A stretch of 64,000 bases of DNA from Methanofastidiosum sp. (GTDB lineage Archaea; Methanobacteriota_B; Thermococci; Methanofastidiosales; Methanofastidiosaceae), in the NCBI GenBank assembly GCA_040771805.1, contig JAXGZJ010000001.1, positions 830,796 to 894,795 on the forward strand. Direction: 5' to 3'. A program made the translations under genes and the position numbers. Shown here in pieces: positions 31,663 to 42,381 of this stretch (positions are counted from its first letter, which is position 1; each line of letters opens with the position of its first letter). The notes below the pieces were generated by a model. That model saw nothing but the letters and a program-made list of their open reading frames with translations, searched no databases and had not been told where the DNA came from.

Positions 31663-33321
31663 TTAAAAAGTTTTCTCTTGTGATTCATAAATCTCATATG
31701 CTCTAGAAATTGTATCCGAGTCATAGGCATCTTTATCATCTCTTATTCTTATAACTCTCGGAAATCTCAATGCAAATCCACTTTCATATTTAGGTGAATG
31801 CTGTATTTCATCATAAAGAACTTCAACTACAATCTTGGGCATTAGAGTCACGACTTTACCTTTTTCTTCTAGGATTAGTGGAGTAAGTTGTTCTGTAAGT
31901 TCATTGAATAACTCGTCTGAGAGACCTGTTGCTACTTTCCCAATTGGCAAAAAGTTACCCTCTTCATTTCTAATACCTAGGAGGAGAGAAGAAAGCCATT
32001 TTTTTCTTCGACCTTCCCCCCACTCAGCCCCTATCACAACTAAATCTAAAGTTTCTAAGGTACGTTTAATCTTTAGCCATTTTTTACCTCTTGCTCCTGG
32101 CTGATATTGGGATGAATAATCCTTAATGATAATACCTTCATGACCGTCTTTTACGGATTTATCATAGAACTCTTTTATCTCAAAAGGATCTTTAGACACT
32201 ATATTCTCTGCAATTTTTACGATTTCGGATTCTTTAATTGAAGAAATCAAAGTATTTCTTCTCTCTTTTAAAGGTAAATCAATTAGAGATCTATTTTCCA
32301 CTAGGAGACAATCAAAAAGAAACAACTTTAAAGGTATTTTTTCTGAAAGTTCAGAAATCTGGTGTTTTCTTCTAAGTCTTCTTAAAACGTATTGAAAAGG
32401 CGCTATTTTTCCGTCCTTATATGCGACCACTTCACCTTCACAAATGATGGTTTCAGGAAGTATTGTTATTTTGAGTTCAGAAAATACCTCGGGCAAAGCT
32501 TGGGTAATATTTTCTAGACGTCTAGAGAATATTTTAATATTTTCCCCAGATTTATGTACTTGAATCCTTGCCCCATCATATTTAACTTCCATTTCTGGTT
32601 CATCAATATCATTCAATGCCAAATCAATAGATCCTGCTATTTGTGCAAGCATAGGCTTTAACGGTCGTCCTACAGTTACATTTAATTTTGATAATTCGCT
32701 TATTCCCCTCCTTGAATAAAGAGCAATTAATCCCAAATCATTTGTTAAAAGATATGCCTTTTCAACATCTTTTCTGGGAATATCGGAGAATTTGGATATT
32801 GCATCTAAGATTATACCTTCAGCTGCACCAGTCCTCATTTGTTCAAGAATTATTCTGGACAAATATCTGGCTTCAATTGGGGAAGCTGCCGAAAAAAGTT
32901 TAGAAAGATATTTAATTTTCTTGTCTTGGGAGCCTTTTCCACTGTAAGAAGATACCTTTTCAAAAAGATCCATTAAATATGTTATTTCAATATTTGCATC
33001 AAAAAAAGTCTGTTGTTTTTTTTGCTCTATTGCACTCTCAATACCTTCACCAAAATCTCCTGAAGAATGCACAAGTTCTTCAACTTTTTTTTCAGTTATT
33101 CCTGTTATCTTAGACACCACTTTCAATAAGAGTTTTGGGCCTATACCAAGTTCTTTTTCTGTCCATTTGGGGAAAACATATCCTGCCAACAAACCAGTTA
33201 TAAAAGGTAAAATTTCATCAGGAACAACTAAAAGGAAATCTGATAAGATGTCTCTCTTTTCAAGCTTAGAGGAAGTTGAAGTTAATTTTTCATAAATATC
33301 GACAAGCTCTCTGTAGAGCAT
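31663..33321 (-). CDS. lig: ATP-dependent DNA ligase
   Basis: Adenylation motif I EVKYDGARIQV (KxDG), motif EGIIIKD, 552 aa. Confidence 0.9.
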   Translation of the reverse strand: MLYRELVDIYEKLTSTSSKLEKRDILSDFLLVVPDEILPFITGLLAGYVFPKWTEKELGIGPKLLLKVVSKITGITEKKVEELVHSSGDFGEGIESAIEQKKQQTFFDANIEITYLMDLFEKVSSYSGKGSQDKKIKYLSKLFSAASPIEARYLSRIILEQMRTGAAEGIILDAISKFSDIPRKDVEKAYLLTNDLGLIALYSRRGISELSKLNVTVGRPLKPMLAQIAGSIDLALNDIDEPEMEVKYDGARIQVHKSGENIKIFSRRLENITQALPEVFSELKITILPETIICEGEVVAYKDGKIAPFQYVLRRLRRKHQISELSEKIPLKLFLFDCLLVENRSLIDLPLKERRNTLISSIKESEIVKIAENIVSKDPFEIKEFYDKSVKDGHEGIIIKDYSSQYQPGARGKKWLKIKRTLETLDLVVIGAEWGEGRRKKWLSSLLLGIRNEEGNFLPIGKVATGLSDELFNELTEQLTPLILEEKGKVVTLMPKIVVEVLYDEIQHSPKYESGFALRFPRVIRIRDDKDAYDSDTISRAYEIYESQEKTF

Positions 33322-34059
33322 TTAATAACCTCTATAATTAAGATATGAAACTGTTAACAGTATGGAGATATACGATGCAAACACCATTTCTAATATTGGA
33401 AGCCCATATATAATAAAGCTTCCTAATATTTCGGCTGAAAAAAGAAAATATAATCCAAGCGAAGTGATTATTGGTATTGCCACTATTAAAATGAAAGAGA
33501 AGATAAACAAAACAAACGATGGAAAAGTATAATGTAAAGATAATATTAAACTATTTTTTATGGCTTTAAATGGGGATAGATTATCTATTATTATTGAAGG
33601 GGAGACAAATACCAAAAAAGGTGCCAAGAAAAATCCCATTAGTATGAGTAAGGGATGGACAGCATAGAATAAGATCCCTGTTATAAATATAATCAAAGCC
33701 ATGATGTTTACTAATAAGACGTTAATAATCTTAGAATACGCCTCTCGAATTGAATTAACATAATTCTTTTTACCAATAGTTGCAAAATCTCTCAATAAAA
33801 TAGAAGAAAGATTAAATGAAAATATCATCAGGATAGAATATAACAATAGTGTAGATAATATAAATATTAACCATCTATATACAAACGACAGTATAGCGTC
33901 ACCTGTTTGAAATAAAATCATATTTGTACCCAAATACTGAAAAAGATACGAAGTGATTAGAATATAAAATATTGTAGGGAATAAGAAGGGAGATAATATT
34001 AACGGATGAATGCTTTGGCGTGAAACTGTAAAGATTTCACCTAAGGATAGTTTGGGCAT
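33322..34059 (-). CDS. Hypothetical polytopic membrane protein
   Basis: Six or more hydrophobic helices; start abuts the ligase stop. Confidence 0.4.
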   Translation of the reverse strand: MPKLSLGEIFTVSRQSIHPLILSPFLFPTIFYILITSYLFQYLGTNMILFQTGDAILSFVYRWLIFILSTLLLYSILMIFSFNLSSILLRDFATIGKKNYVNSIREAYSKIINVLLVNIMALIIFITGILFYAVHPLLILMGFFLAPFLVFVSPSIIIDNLSPFKAIKNSLILSLHYTFPSFVLFIFSFILIVAIPIITSLGLYFLFSAEILGSFIIYGLPILEMVFASYISILLTVSYLNYRGY

Positions 34060-34096
34060 AATGAAACAGTAAAAGAATGATTAAAAAATGTTTTGG

Positions 34097-36208
34097 TTAC
34101 TTAAGGAGTAAGAAAAATAGGAGTAATACTATCAAAAGTAAAAATCCTATGAGAATTCCTCCATAGAGAAGTATGTTGTTAAGAGAATTAATTCCGTTTG
34201 AAGATTCAATTAGCTGATTGCATTTGGCGATATAATCCTCAGATGCTGCAACTTTTTTCAAATCGCCCAAATTATTGAATTCTGCACTTGCTTTTTGAAA
34301 ATAAGATTTTGCATTATGAAATTCTCCAGAAGAAAAGTATTTCTTCCCTATTTCAAAATATTCTAAGGCCTTTTTATGATTTTCAATTTTTAGCATATTG
34401 TTCTGGATCAAGGAGATTTTTCGGCTATCCCCTAATTTTTCGTATATATCTATAGCATTGTTATAGGCTGAATAGGCCTTATCGTAATTTTCCTCTGATA
34501 AATATTTATTAGCTTCGTCTAGATAATTCTGGGCACTAACATAAATAGTAGCTTTTCCAATCATCTCTTCGGCTTTTAACGCCCTGTCAAAATCTTTTTT
34601 ATTCATTGATGCTTGCTTTGATTCCTCAAAATATAGAATAGATTTTTGGTATTCCCCCATATCAAAATAGTATTGGCCAATTTCATACGAAGATCCGGTA
34701 TTTAAAAATAGTTCACATTTTTTGATGTAATCATCAGCTTCTAACATCCTATTAGTATTCCTATCTTTTTTATACTCTTCTCTTGCCACTTTAAAGTATA
34801 CAAGGGCGTTCCTATAGTTCTGCTTATTGAAGGAATCCATAGCTTGGGTGAAATATATGTCCCCTTTATTTGCACCCATCATATTCTCATAACAAGAAAT
34901 GACATTACTATAACTAACTAAAACTAAATCAAGCTTTCCATTATGATCCATATCTTTAATGGTAACATATTCAGTCATATGATTTTCATTGGATTGCCAT
35001 AGTAGATGGCCTAATCCATCTAAAAGGAATATTTCCCCATATGCTTTGTTAGACTTGTATGTTGTAGAAGAGCCTGCAACAATTTCACCATATCCATCTT
35101 CATTAAGATCGGATGAATGAACATTAGATATGGCCTTGCCTAAGTTACTTTCCCATATCCTGGCGCCAGTTTTATCCAGAACATATACCTTTTCACCTGC
35201 TGCAATAACTTCAAGATTTTCATCTCCTATAATATTTGCGACAATTAGATCAGAGCCCTGCTTTATCGGATATGACCACAAAAGACTAAGAGTGCCCCCT
35301 TCCTTCGTATGGAAACAATAAACATACTTTTCAGATAATGCAAGAATCTCTATTTTTTCATCACCCACTTGGTATTCGTTCCCATTATCAAGATTAGTTG
35401 CTATAATCTTTTTAATAGGCATGCCAGTACCGGTATTATAAGAATGAGTCTTATCCCATTTGTCTGTTGAAGTGTTATAATCGTAAACAGAAATATTTCC
35501 TTCACCTGAGATAGTTTCTCCTCCTGTGATTATCTCTTTTTCAATATCAGAATCTAGATTTGCAGAAGTGATATAATTTAAGGGTTTTGATGGTTTTGCA
35601 ATTGTAGAGAAAATATAATCATATCCATCATAACGAATCATGCTCGCGTTGACACCAGCTAAAATGGCGACCTCTTTACCATCTCCAAATATGTCTGCAG
35701 ATTTTATTTCGCTAACAGGCACTGATTTGAAATATTTTTTACCCATACCTTGTTCAGAAAGTATGTAAAAATGTGACTCAGTTAATAATAAGATATCTTT
35801 CTGTCCATTTCCATTAAAATCGATTCCATATGCATCTTTTGGATAAAATTTTGCCTTATCTACATTTGGAGGATTTAATAGGGAATCCCTTATTGAATCC
35901 ATTGTATCATCAGCATTGCCTATCTCTTTTTTCCAAAGTATTTCACCATTATAGTTTAAAAGGTAGACATATCCATTTTCATATGATTCTCCTCTTTTAA
36001 AGCCAGTTGTAACTAAAAGTTTGCCAACGGAGTCATGTGAATAGTCTATTAGCCGCATTGACATTACCATGTCTCCTTTTGGCTTGTTGGAAAACTTCAA
36101 AGACATTTCATTTGCAGAAACAATTGACAGAAATAACAACAGAATAATGAATATAGGAACGATTTTTGATTTTTGAATATTTATAAATCTCATTTTAACA
36201 ATATTCAT
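34097..36208 (-). CDS. Secreted/surface protein: signal peptide, beta-propeller (FG-GAP/VCBS-like repeats), TPR repeats, C-terminal TM anchor
   Basis: N-terminal hydrophobic signal, repeated D-x-[DN]-x-DG-like motifs (FGDGKEV, DLNEDGYGEI, DMDHNGKLD), TPR-like Y/A-rich repeats, C-terminal GGILIGFLLLIVLLLFFLLLK. Confidence 0.5.
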   Translation of the reverse strand: MNIVKMRFINIQKSKIVPIFIILLLFLSIVSANEMSLKFSNKPKGDMVMSMRLIDYSHDSVGKLLVTTGFKRGESYENGYVYLLNYNGEILWKKEIGNADDTMDSIRDSLLNPPNVDKAKFYPKDAYGIDFNGNGQKDILLLTESHFYILSEQGMGKKYFKSVPVSEIKSADIFGDGKEVAILAGVNASMIRYDGYDYIFSTIAKPSKPLNYITSANLDSDIEKEIITGGETISGEGNISVYDYNTSTDKWDKTHSYNTGTGMPIKKIIATNLDNGNEYQVGDEKIEILALSEKYVYCFHTKEGGTLSLLWSYPIKQGSDLIVANIIGDENLEVIAAGEKVYVLDKTGARIWESNLGKAISNVHSSDLNEDGYGEIVAGSSTTYKSNKAYGEIFLLDGLGHLLWQSNENHMTEYVTIKDMDHNGKLDLVLVSYSNVISCYENMMGANKGDIYFTQAMDSFNKQNYRNALVYFKVAREEYKKDRNTNRMLEADDYIKKCELFLNTGSSYEIGQYYFDMGEYQKSILYFEESKQASMNKKDFDRALKAEEMIGKATIYVSAQNYLDEANKYLSEENYDKAYSAYNNAIDIYEKLGDSRKISLIQNNMLKIENHKKALEYFEIGKKYFSSGEFHNAKSYFQKASAEFNNLGDLKKVAASEDYIAKCNQLIESSNGINSLNNILLYGGILIGFLLLIVLLLFFLLLK

Positions 36209-36377
36209 ATCTCAATGCCCTCTATTTTTTATATAATGATTAAATTAAGTGCCAATATTATTAATTATTATTGCTATACTAATATATAAAGTTATCGTTA
36301 TAAAGAATAAACAATGTAAGAATAAAAAATAGCTATTGTTAAACAATAATAAAAAAAGAATGTCTTAATATATAGTC

Positions 36378-37928
36378 TTAAAAAGGTACTTTCAGATTAT
36401 ACTTCTTTCTATTTTCTATTTTCTTTTTGCTCCTGTTCTTCTTAATCTTTGAAAGTTTTTTTACTATTTCTAAATCAAGAGGGATCTTATCTTCCTTGCC
36501 TATCTCTATGTAACCTTCATTAGCCGCAGCTTCGAATACCTTTTTGCCTATTTCAGTTCGCACTATAACAGTATTCCATCCTTCTGGAGCCCCAATTGAT
36601 CCAATTGAAATGTCAGAAAGTTCGGAAGTAAAGTCAGGGCAAATTGAACAACTCTCTTGCTCATATTCCCTTACTACATCTATAGGTATTTTTTGGATAT
36701 CCCCAGAAACTGAATAAATAGTGTAATTGCCTGCACCTATATCAATTTTGTACGTATCTTCGGCTCTTATTTCCCCTAACTCTTCCATCATTTTTATCAT
36801 TGCATTGTATCTAAAATTATGGGTACAAAATAATCCAATTCTAAGAGAAATTTTATCAACTACACTTCTAAGGGATAGGGGGTATATTTCAAGTTTCCTA
36901 ATTGCTTGGTGGACACATGGGAGTCCAACTATAGCTATGTTTTTAAGATAGTTAGAAGTTGCTGCATCTTTAAGTAAATTTAATGTTGGGCAAAGATTGT
37001 ATGTTGTCCCAGTTGTTTGGAGTAGTTCATCATAGTTTGTTACTATGGCAGATCTTGCAAGCCAGTATTTTTCTTTATCCTTGCTGCCTGTTAAAATACC
37101 ATCAATTATTCTTGAATCAAGGCAGTAATTCATAAGTGCAGTTGTAGCCCCGCCACCTTGTGCGCGTTTTAATATTTCCTGATTAACAGCTCGAACTGTA
37201 TATACTGAAATATATTTTCCAAGATATTCGTCTGTAGATGTGCTTTCTCCTTTAAAGATAGTTTCATTTATGTAATCTAGAGGCATATAGCTTCTTGGAC
37301 ACTGGAATCTACATTCTCCACATTTTACACATATTTCGTCTCTTAAGACAGGTTTACCTTCTATGTCAGATAATGCAAGTGTAGGACATACAGCTGCGCA
37401 AAGCCCACATGAGATACATAAAGCCCTTTGTGTTATGTATCTAACATTCACTTCTGAATTTTCCTCAATGTTAGTAAATGCTTGAAGGTACAACTCATCT
37501 TTTTTCAAGAAAGCATCAAAGAATTTTTCAATGATCTCAGGGCTTGGAGGGCATCCTGGTATTGCATAGTCTACTTTTATTATTTCACTAACTGGTAAAA
37601 ATGCATCAGTCTCCGGCATAGGCATTTGATTCCCTGCAGAATGTACTAATATTCCTGTAGTTACGGCACATGCCCCTAGGGCTGCAACTTTCTTTGATTT
37701 CTGTCTAATCTCTGTTACAAGCTTCATGTGTCCCTTTTCAATAGTTCCTACTGCTCCTTCAAATACCGCCAAATCTAATTCCTCTGGGATTTCTCTAGCA
37801 TCCATTACCAAAGGATAATATTTTACATCATAATCATTAAGAAATGAAATGATATTGCCCGTGTCCAAATGAGATAAAAGGCATCCGGTGCACGAAGCTA
37901 ACTGAAACACCCCAATTTTTGGTTTCAT
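36378..37928 (-). CDS. frhGB: Fused [NiFe]-hydrogenase small subunit (FrhG-like) and F420-binding beta subunit (FrhB-like)
   Basis: N-terminal small-subunit motif ASCTGC...PGCPP, two ferredoxin motifs (CISCGLCAAVCP, CVKCGECRFQCP), then FrhB-like QGGGATTALM...GLPCVHQA...CSICPDF. Confidence 0.7.
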   Translation of the reverse strand: MKPKIGVFQLASCTGCLLSHLDTGNIISFLNDYDVKYYPLVMDAREIPEELDLAVFEGAVGTIEKGHMKLVTEIRQKSKKVAALGACAVTTGILVHSAGNQMPMPETDAFLPVSEIIKVDYAIPGCPPSPEIIEKFFDAFLKKDELYLQAFTNIEENSEVNVRYITQRALCISCGLCAAVCPTLALSDIEGKPVLRDEICVKCGECRFQCPRSYMPLDYINETIFKGESTSTDEYLGKYISVYTVRAVNQEILKRAQGGGATTALMNYCLDSRIIDGILTGSKDKEKYWLARSAIVTNYDELLQTTGTTYNLCPTLNLLKDAATSNYLKNIAIVGLPCVHQAIRKLEIYPLSLRSVVDKISLRIGLFCTHNFRYNAMIKMMEELGEIRAEDTYKIDIGAGNYTIYSVSGDIQKIPIDVVREYEQESCSICPDFTSELSDISIGSIGAPEGWNTVIVRTEIGKKVFEAAANEGYIEIGKEDKIPLDLEIVKKLSKIKKNRSKKKIENRKKYNLKVPF

Positions 37929-38401
37929 TGTGAATCCTCCATAAAAGAAATAACAATTTTTTGGACTTTATTAATGGCATCCATAACGTTTTGGCTCATT
38001 TTAAGTTTCATATTGTCGGGATTGACATCTCCTTGAACTAATATTAGCTTAACATTAGAAGAAAAATTATTTATTTCGTGAGAAATAGCCATGCCATGTG
38101 ATGATTTAATGAAGTCTTCATAAGCTATATTTTTTCCATCCAATACCAATACATCTCCAAGCTTTCCTTTAAAATCCCCACAGTCAATTATGTATAGATT
38201 CTTAATTTTATGTTTCGAGTTATTAATAAGATTTAAAAAAGGAGATATTCCAGAGCCACAATCAATTACTGCAAGATTATTGTATTTAGTCTCAATTTTT
38301 TCATCTTTTAGCTTTCTAATAAATTCTGGCCCAAACCCATCATCACCAAAAAGGGGATTACCACACCCCAAGATAAGATTCTCTTTTGTTAGGTACTTCA
38401 T
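37925..38401 (-). CDS. frhD: Hydrogenase maturation endopeptidase (FrhD/HycI-like)
   Basis: ILGCGNPLFGDDGFG motif; internal Met start at 38401 chosen over the track start at 38467. Confidence 0.65.
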   Translation of the reverse strand: MKYLTKENLILGCGNPLFGDDGFGPEFIRKLKDEKIETKYNNLAVIDCGSGISPFLNLINNSKHKIKNLYIIDCGDFKGKLGDVLVLDGKNIAYEDFIKSSHGMAISHEINNFSSNVKLILVQGDVNPDNMKLKMSQNVMDAINKVQKIVISFMEDSQ

Positions 38402-39633
38402 TATAAGTACCTCCTTTCGATAATCTTGCCTTCTATATCTTTGACAACTATACAATGAGTTGCACAATCAAGGCAAGGATCAAAAGATCTCATTATGACT
38501 TCAGCATACTCTTGTGGTGAACCTTCTATAGTCTTTCCTATTGTTGGTATATTCCATGTTGTTGGCGATATTATTTTATAGTCTTTCATAATCCCATTCT
38601 GATCTGTTTTTGCCATATGAATTAACGTACCTCTTGGTGCTTCATAGACGCCTATGCCTTCCCCTTCCTTAACATTTATGTGTTCAGGTTTTGTCTTGCC
38701 ATTAACATCTAGCTGATCAAGTAATTCCTCAGCCCTATACACCATGACTAACATCTCCCTAGCCCTAGCAACATTGATATATAATGCAGAGTCCCCGGAA
38801 AATCTTTTGAATTTAATGAATCTTGCTCTTGGGCCAGTTTCAACTGTTTCTCCATAGTATAGTGGTATCATTGTATTGGTAGTTCTACCTTCTTCGTCTT
38901 TTCCATAAAATCTAGATGGAATTACCTCTCTGATTGCCTCAATATTAATTTCTTTTCTATCGCCATAGGTCATATGGGTGGCGAGAATACTTGAGTTAGA
39001 GGTTCCTATATTATTTGGAAGATTTTCGAGTTTCTTCTCTATTGATTCTATAATCAAATCTTTTTGCAAATGTGCATTTTTCTCATATTTTCTAACAAGC
39101 CTATACAAGCTTGCAGCCGCTCTTTTGCTAATGTTAGTACGAAATCCCCCAACACAATAATTAGAAGGATGTATCGCTTCTCCACCTACAATATCTTTCA
39201 TTTTTTGTCCAATTCTTCGTAATTCTTGGATTCTTTCAATTGATTCGTTTTTTATTTTTTCATCATCAACTATATCGTTAAGAATAAGAAACTGATGAAG
39301 CGCATGGTCTTGCATTTTACTTGCTAAACCTAAAATCTCTCTCAATATCAAGGCGTCTTCAGGTATTTCCAGATCAAAAGCACCCTCAATCGCCTGACAT
39401 GACGCTTCTGCATGGGATATTGGACATAATCCACATATTCTCATTGAAGCTCTAGGGGTAAATTCATAAGTTCTTCCCAAGGTCAATGACTCGAAACTTC
39501 GTACCATTGTTGTCGATATGTAATATGCCCTCTCAACTATCCCTTCGTCATCTACATGAAGAACTAATTTCGCATGTCCCTCGTGCCTAGTTGTTGGATT
39601 AAGGATTACAGTTCGTTCCCCTGTGCTTTCCAT
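38401..39633 (-). CDS. frhA: [NiFe]-hydrogenase large subunit (group 3, FrhA-like)
   Basis: N-terminal RICGLCPISH and C-terminal DPCLDCATH Ni-Fe ligand motifs. Confidence 0.8.
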   Translation of the reverse strand: MESTGERTVILNPTTRHEGHAKLVLHVDDEGIVERAYYISTTMVRSFESLTLGRTYEFTPRASMRICGLCPISHAEASCQAIEGAFDLEIPEDALILREILGLASKMQDHALHQFLILNDIVDDEKIKNESIERIQELRRIGQKMKDIVGGEAIHPSNYCVGGFRTNISKRAAASLYRLVRKYEKNAHLQKDLIIESIEKKLENLPNNIGTSNSSILATHMTYGDRKEINIEAIREVIPSRFYGKDEEGRTTNTMIPLYYGETVETGPRARFIKFKRFSGDSALYINVARAREMLVMVYRAEELLDQLDVNGKTKPEHINVKEGEGIGVYEAPRGTLIHMAKTDQNGIMKDYKIISPTTWNIPTIGKTIEGSPQEYAEVIMRSFDPCLDCATHCIVVKDIEGKIIERRYL

Positions 39634-39738
39634 ACTATTCCTCCATAAAATATATTCAATAATATATCCATTTAAACATTGCGGTAATAAAAAATAAAAT
39701 TTCTGTAAGATATGATAAAAATAGTAATAGTTGGAATG

Positions 39739-41121
39739 TTATTTATTATCTATTGTTGATTTTAAGAAATTTTTTAATTGGGTATAATCATTTTCTATTT
39801 TTACTGGACAGCCGTGTCTTCTATCAACATCTTTCATTGACGCTGGAAGTTCAGGTTCAAATCCTAAAAGTGAATTGATCTCTTCAGGGAACTTTGCAGG
39901 GTGTGCTGTTTCTAAAGAAACACATAGTGGGAAATCTCCGCTATCTCGGTGAAATGCTTCAAGTCCAGCCCAACCAACAGCCCCATGAGGCTCTAGGATT
40001 ACACCATACTTATCATAAACATTTTTTATTGTTTCCCTTGTCTTTTGATTTGAAATGCTAACTGAAAAAATATTAGTTTTCATTTTTTTTATGTCCGGAT
40101 ATTTCAAAACTCTCCCCGATTTATCAATAGTTCCACCATATAAGTCAAAAAATCTAGCCAAATTTGAAGGATGACCGACATTCATTGCACTTGAAATACA
40201 TGCTTTAGAAGGAGAAAGTTTTTGATATACTCCTTGATCTAAATATTTAGGAAATTCGTCATTTTCATTTACAGCCATTATGAGTTTGTGAATAGGCAGG
40301 CCCATTCTTCTTCCAAATTCACATCCTAGAGAATTGCCAAAGTTACCGGATGGAACAGATATTAAAATTTTTTCCCCTTCTTCTGATTTCTCAAGATATG
40401 CATAAAAATAATAGATGATTTGAGGGAGAATTCTACCAATATTGATAGAATTTGCAGATGTCAAGTTCAAACACTCTAAATCTTTGTCTTGAAATGCTAT
40501 CTTTACAAGATTCTGACAATCATCAAATTTACCGTTAACAGCAAGAGCTGTGATATTTCCCCCTATTGTATCAAGTTGTTTTTTCTGTCTACCTGATACT
40601 TCACCTTCAGGGTATAATATAAATACATTAATTCCACTAACTCCTTTGAATGCTTCTCCAACAGCACTACCTGTATCCCCCGAAGTTGCAACCAATATAT
40701 TCAATTGTTTGTTTTCATCTTTAAGGGCCCCCATTAGACGAGCCATCATTCTTGCTGCAAAATCTTTAAATGATGCAGTTGGCCCCTGATCAAGTCTCAA
40801 TAAATATTTTCTGTCATGTACCTTCTCAATTGGAACTTTGAAGTTATATGCTTCCTTACATATACTAAGTAAATAATCAGAATCTATATCTGCATAAAGA
40901 AATTTTTCCAATACAGTATGGGCAATTTCAAAGTATCTCTTTCCCCTTAGATCCTCAATTTCCCCTCTTGAAAAATTAGGCATTCTCTCAGGCATAAATA
41001 GCCCTGCGTCTGGCGCTTGTCCCATCATGAGGGCATCTTTAAAACTGACAAGGTCTTTAAATGGGGTAAATCCAGCTTCGTTGATATTTCTATTGGTACT
41101 GTAGTAACTAATCCCGCCCAT
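39739..41121 (-). CDS. thrC: Threonine synthase
   Basis: PLP-lysine motif TASFKDFAAR; glycine-rich SGDTGSAVG; 460 aa. Confidence 0.85.
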   Translation of the reverse strand: MGGISYYSTNRNINEAGFTPFKDLVSFKDALMMGQAPDAGLFMPERMPNFSRGEIEDLRGKRYFEIAHTVLEKFLYADIDSDYLLSICKEAYNFKVPIEKVHDRKYLLRLDQGPTASFKDFAARMMARLMGALKDENKQLNILVATSGDTGSAVGEAFKGVSGINVFILYPEGEVSGRQKKQLDTIGGNITALAVNGKFDDCQNLVKIAFQDKDLECLNLTSANSINIGRILPQIIYYFYAYLEKSEEGEKILISVPSGNFGNSLGCEFGRRMGLPIHKLIMAVNENDEFPKYLDQGVYQKLSPSKACISSAMNVGHPSNLARFFDLYGGTIDKSGRVLKYPDIKKMKTNIFSVSISNQKTRETIKNVYDKYGVILEPHGAVGWAGLEAFHRDSGDFPLCVSLETAHPAKFPEEINSLLGFEPELPASMKDVDRRHGCPVKIENDYTQLKNFLKSTIDNK

Positions 41122-41344
41122 GAACTATGCATTTATGTTGTAATTTATAAACTTTGTTAAAACGTATGCTTTATTGTATAATTTATATTGAAATGATGGT
41201 ATCTCTGAGATCCTTATACTAAGATCATAGTATTCTGCATTATTCTAGAATTAGAAGAATCATTAAAACTATTTTTTTTAAGTATTTTAAACAAAGTATG
41301 TCCAAACTCAGAAAAATAGATTGGGCATTAGTTTGTAAAAAGAG

Positions 41345-41419
41345 TGCCGCGGGCCGGATTTGAACCAGCGGAATACCAGATCTTCAGTCTGGCGCCCTCC
41401 CAGGCTAGGCGACCGCGGC
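41345..41419 (-). tRNA. tRNA-Phe (anticodon GAA); CCA not encoded
   Basis: Hand-folded cloverleaf: 7-bp acceptor stem GCCGCGG/CCGCGGC, D-stem GCCT/GGGC, anticodon stem CCAGA/TCTGG with loop CTGAAGA, T-stem GCTGG/CCGGC with loop TTCAAAT. Confidence 0.85.
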
Positions 41420-41607
41420 TTAGCTAATAAAAAGTGAATCTTTTGGATAATATATAAACTTTTCCCATAATATTATTTTGCAGTATAATCCTATCCAAGT
41501 GATGCTTATTCCTAATTTGCACTAAGCATTGTATGAGATTTAATCTTTATCGTCAAAGTATGCAGCAAGTTAAATATGCACATATTAGCTTTGATATTTC
41601 AAGCAAC

Positions 41608-42381
41608 TCAAGAAATAGATGGAACTATAACTTTCATGTCTAAAATTGATTCTATTGAACATATATCCCCATATAATAATTTTAGTATGTCGTTATCCAT
41701 TACTTCTTTTGCATTCCCATATCCAATCAGAGCTCCTTTGTCAATAAAAGCCACAGTATCACAAAACCATGATACATAGTTTGGATCATGTGTACAGACC
41801 ACTACAGTTTTACCTTTAGATGTCAATAGCTTTAGAGTTTTCCAGATATTTATTTGATTTCTAAAATCAAGGGCCGAAGTAGGCTCATCTAGCAACATTA
41901 TAGGGGTGTTTTGTGCAAACGATCTAGCTAAAAGAACCAACTGTCGCTGTCCTCCGCTTAGCTCAGTGTAATACCTATCGGCAATATTAGTTATGCCGAT
42001 AGTATTCATTGAGTATTCTGTAAAGTCTAAATCAATTTTTGAAGGATTAAAAAATCCTCCTAGATGTGGAGTTCGTCCCATCAAAACTATTTCTCTTACT
42101 TTAAATGGAAAAGGCGGCTTATGTTCCTGTGGCACATAAGAAATAATTTTAGCCAATTCTTTGGGATTAAAATTATTCAGTACTTCTCCATTTATCAGTA
42201 TATTTCCATCATTAGTTTTATTGAGGCCAGCTAAACATTTGAGCAAGGTAGACTTACCAGAACCGTTAGGACCAAATAGGGCGCATAATTTTCCCTTTTC
42301 TAAATTAAATGTGATATCCTTTAATACTTTCAAAGTTCCGTAATTAAAGGATAAATTATTTATTTTAATCATTTCTATCAC
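41608..42381 (-). CDS. ABC transporter ATP-binding protein (FepC/BtuD-type)
   Basis: Walker A GPNGSGKST, signature LSGGQRQ, Walker B MLLDEPTS. Confidence 0.85.
   Translation of the reverse strand: MIEMIKINNLSFNYGTLKVLKDITFNLEKGKLCALFGPNGSGKSTLLKCLAGLNKTNDGNILINGEVLNNFNPKELAKIISYVPQEHKPPFPFKVREIVLMGRTPHLGGFFNPSKIDLDFTEYSMNTIGITNIADRYYTELSGGQRQLVLLARSFAQNTPIMLLDEPTSALDFRNQINIWKTLKLLTSKGKTVVVCTHDPNYVSWFCDTVAFIDKGALIGYGNAKEVMDNDILKLLYGDICSIESILDMKVIVPSIS

Noticed and set aside
34097-36208. C-terminal tail of the 703-aa protein as a canonical PGF-CTERM archaeosortase signal
   Set aside because: No PGF tripeptide precedes the hydrophobic helix; reported only as a possible variant anchor.
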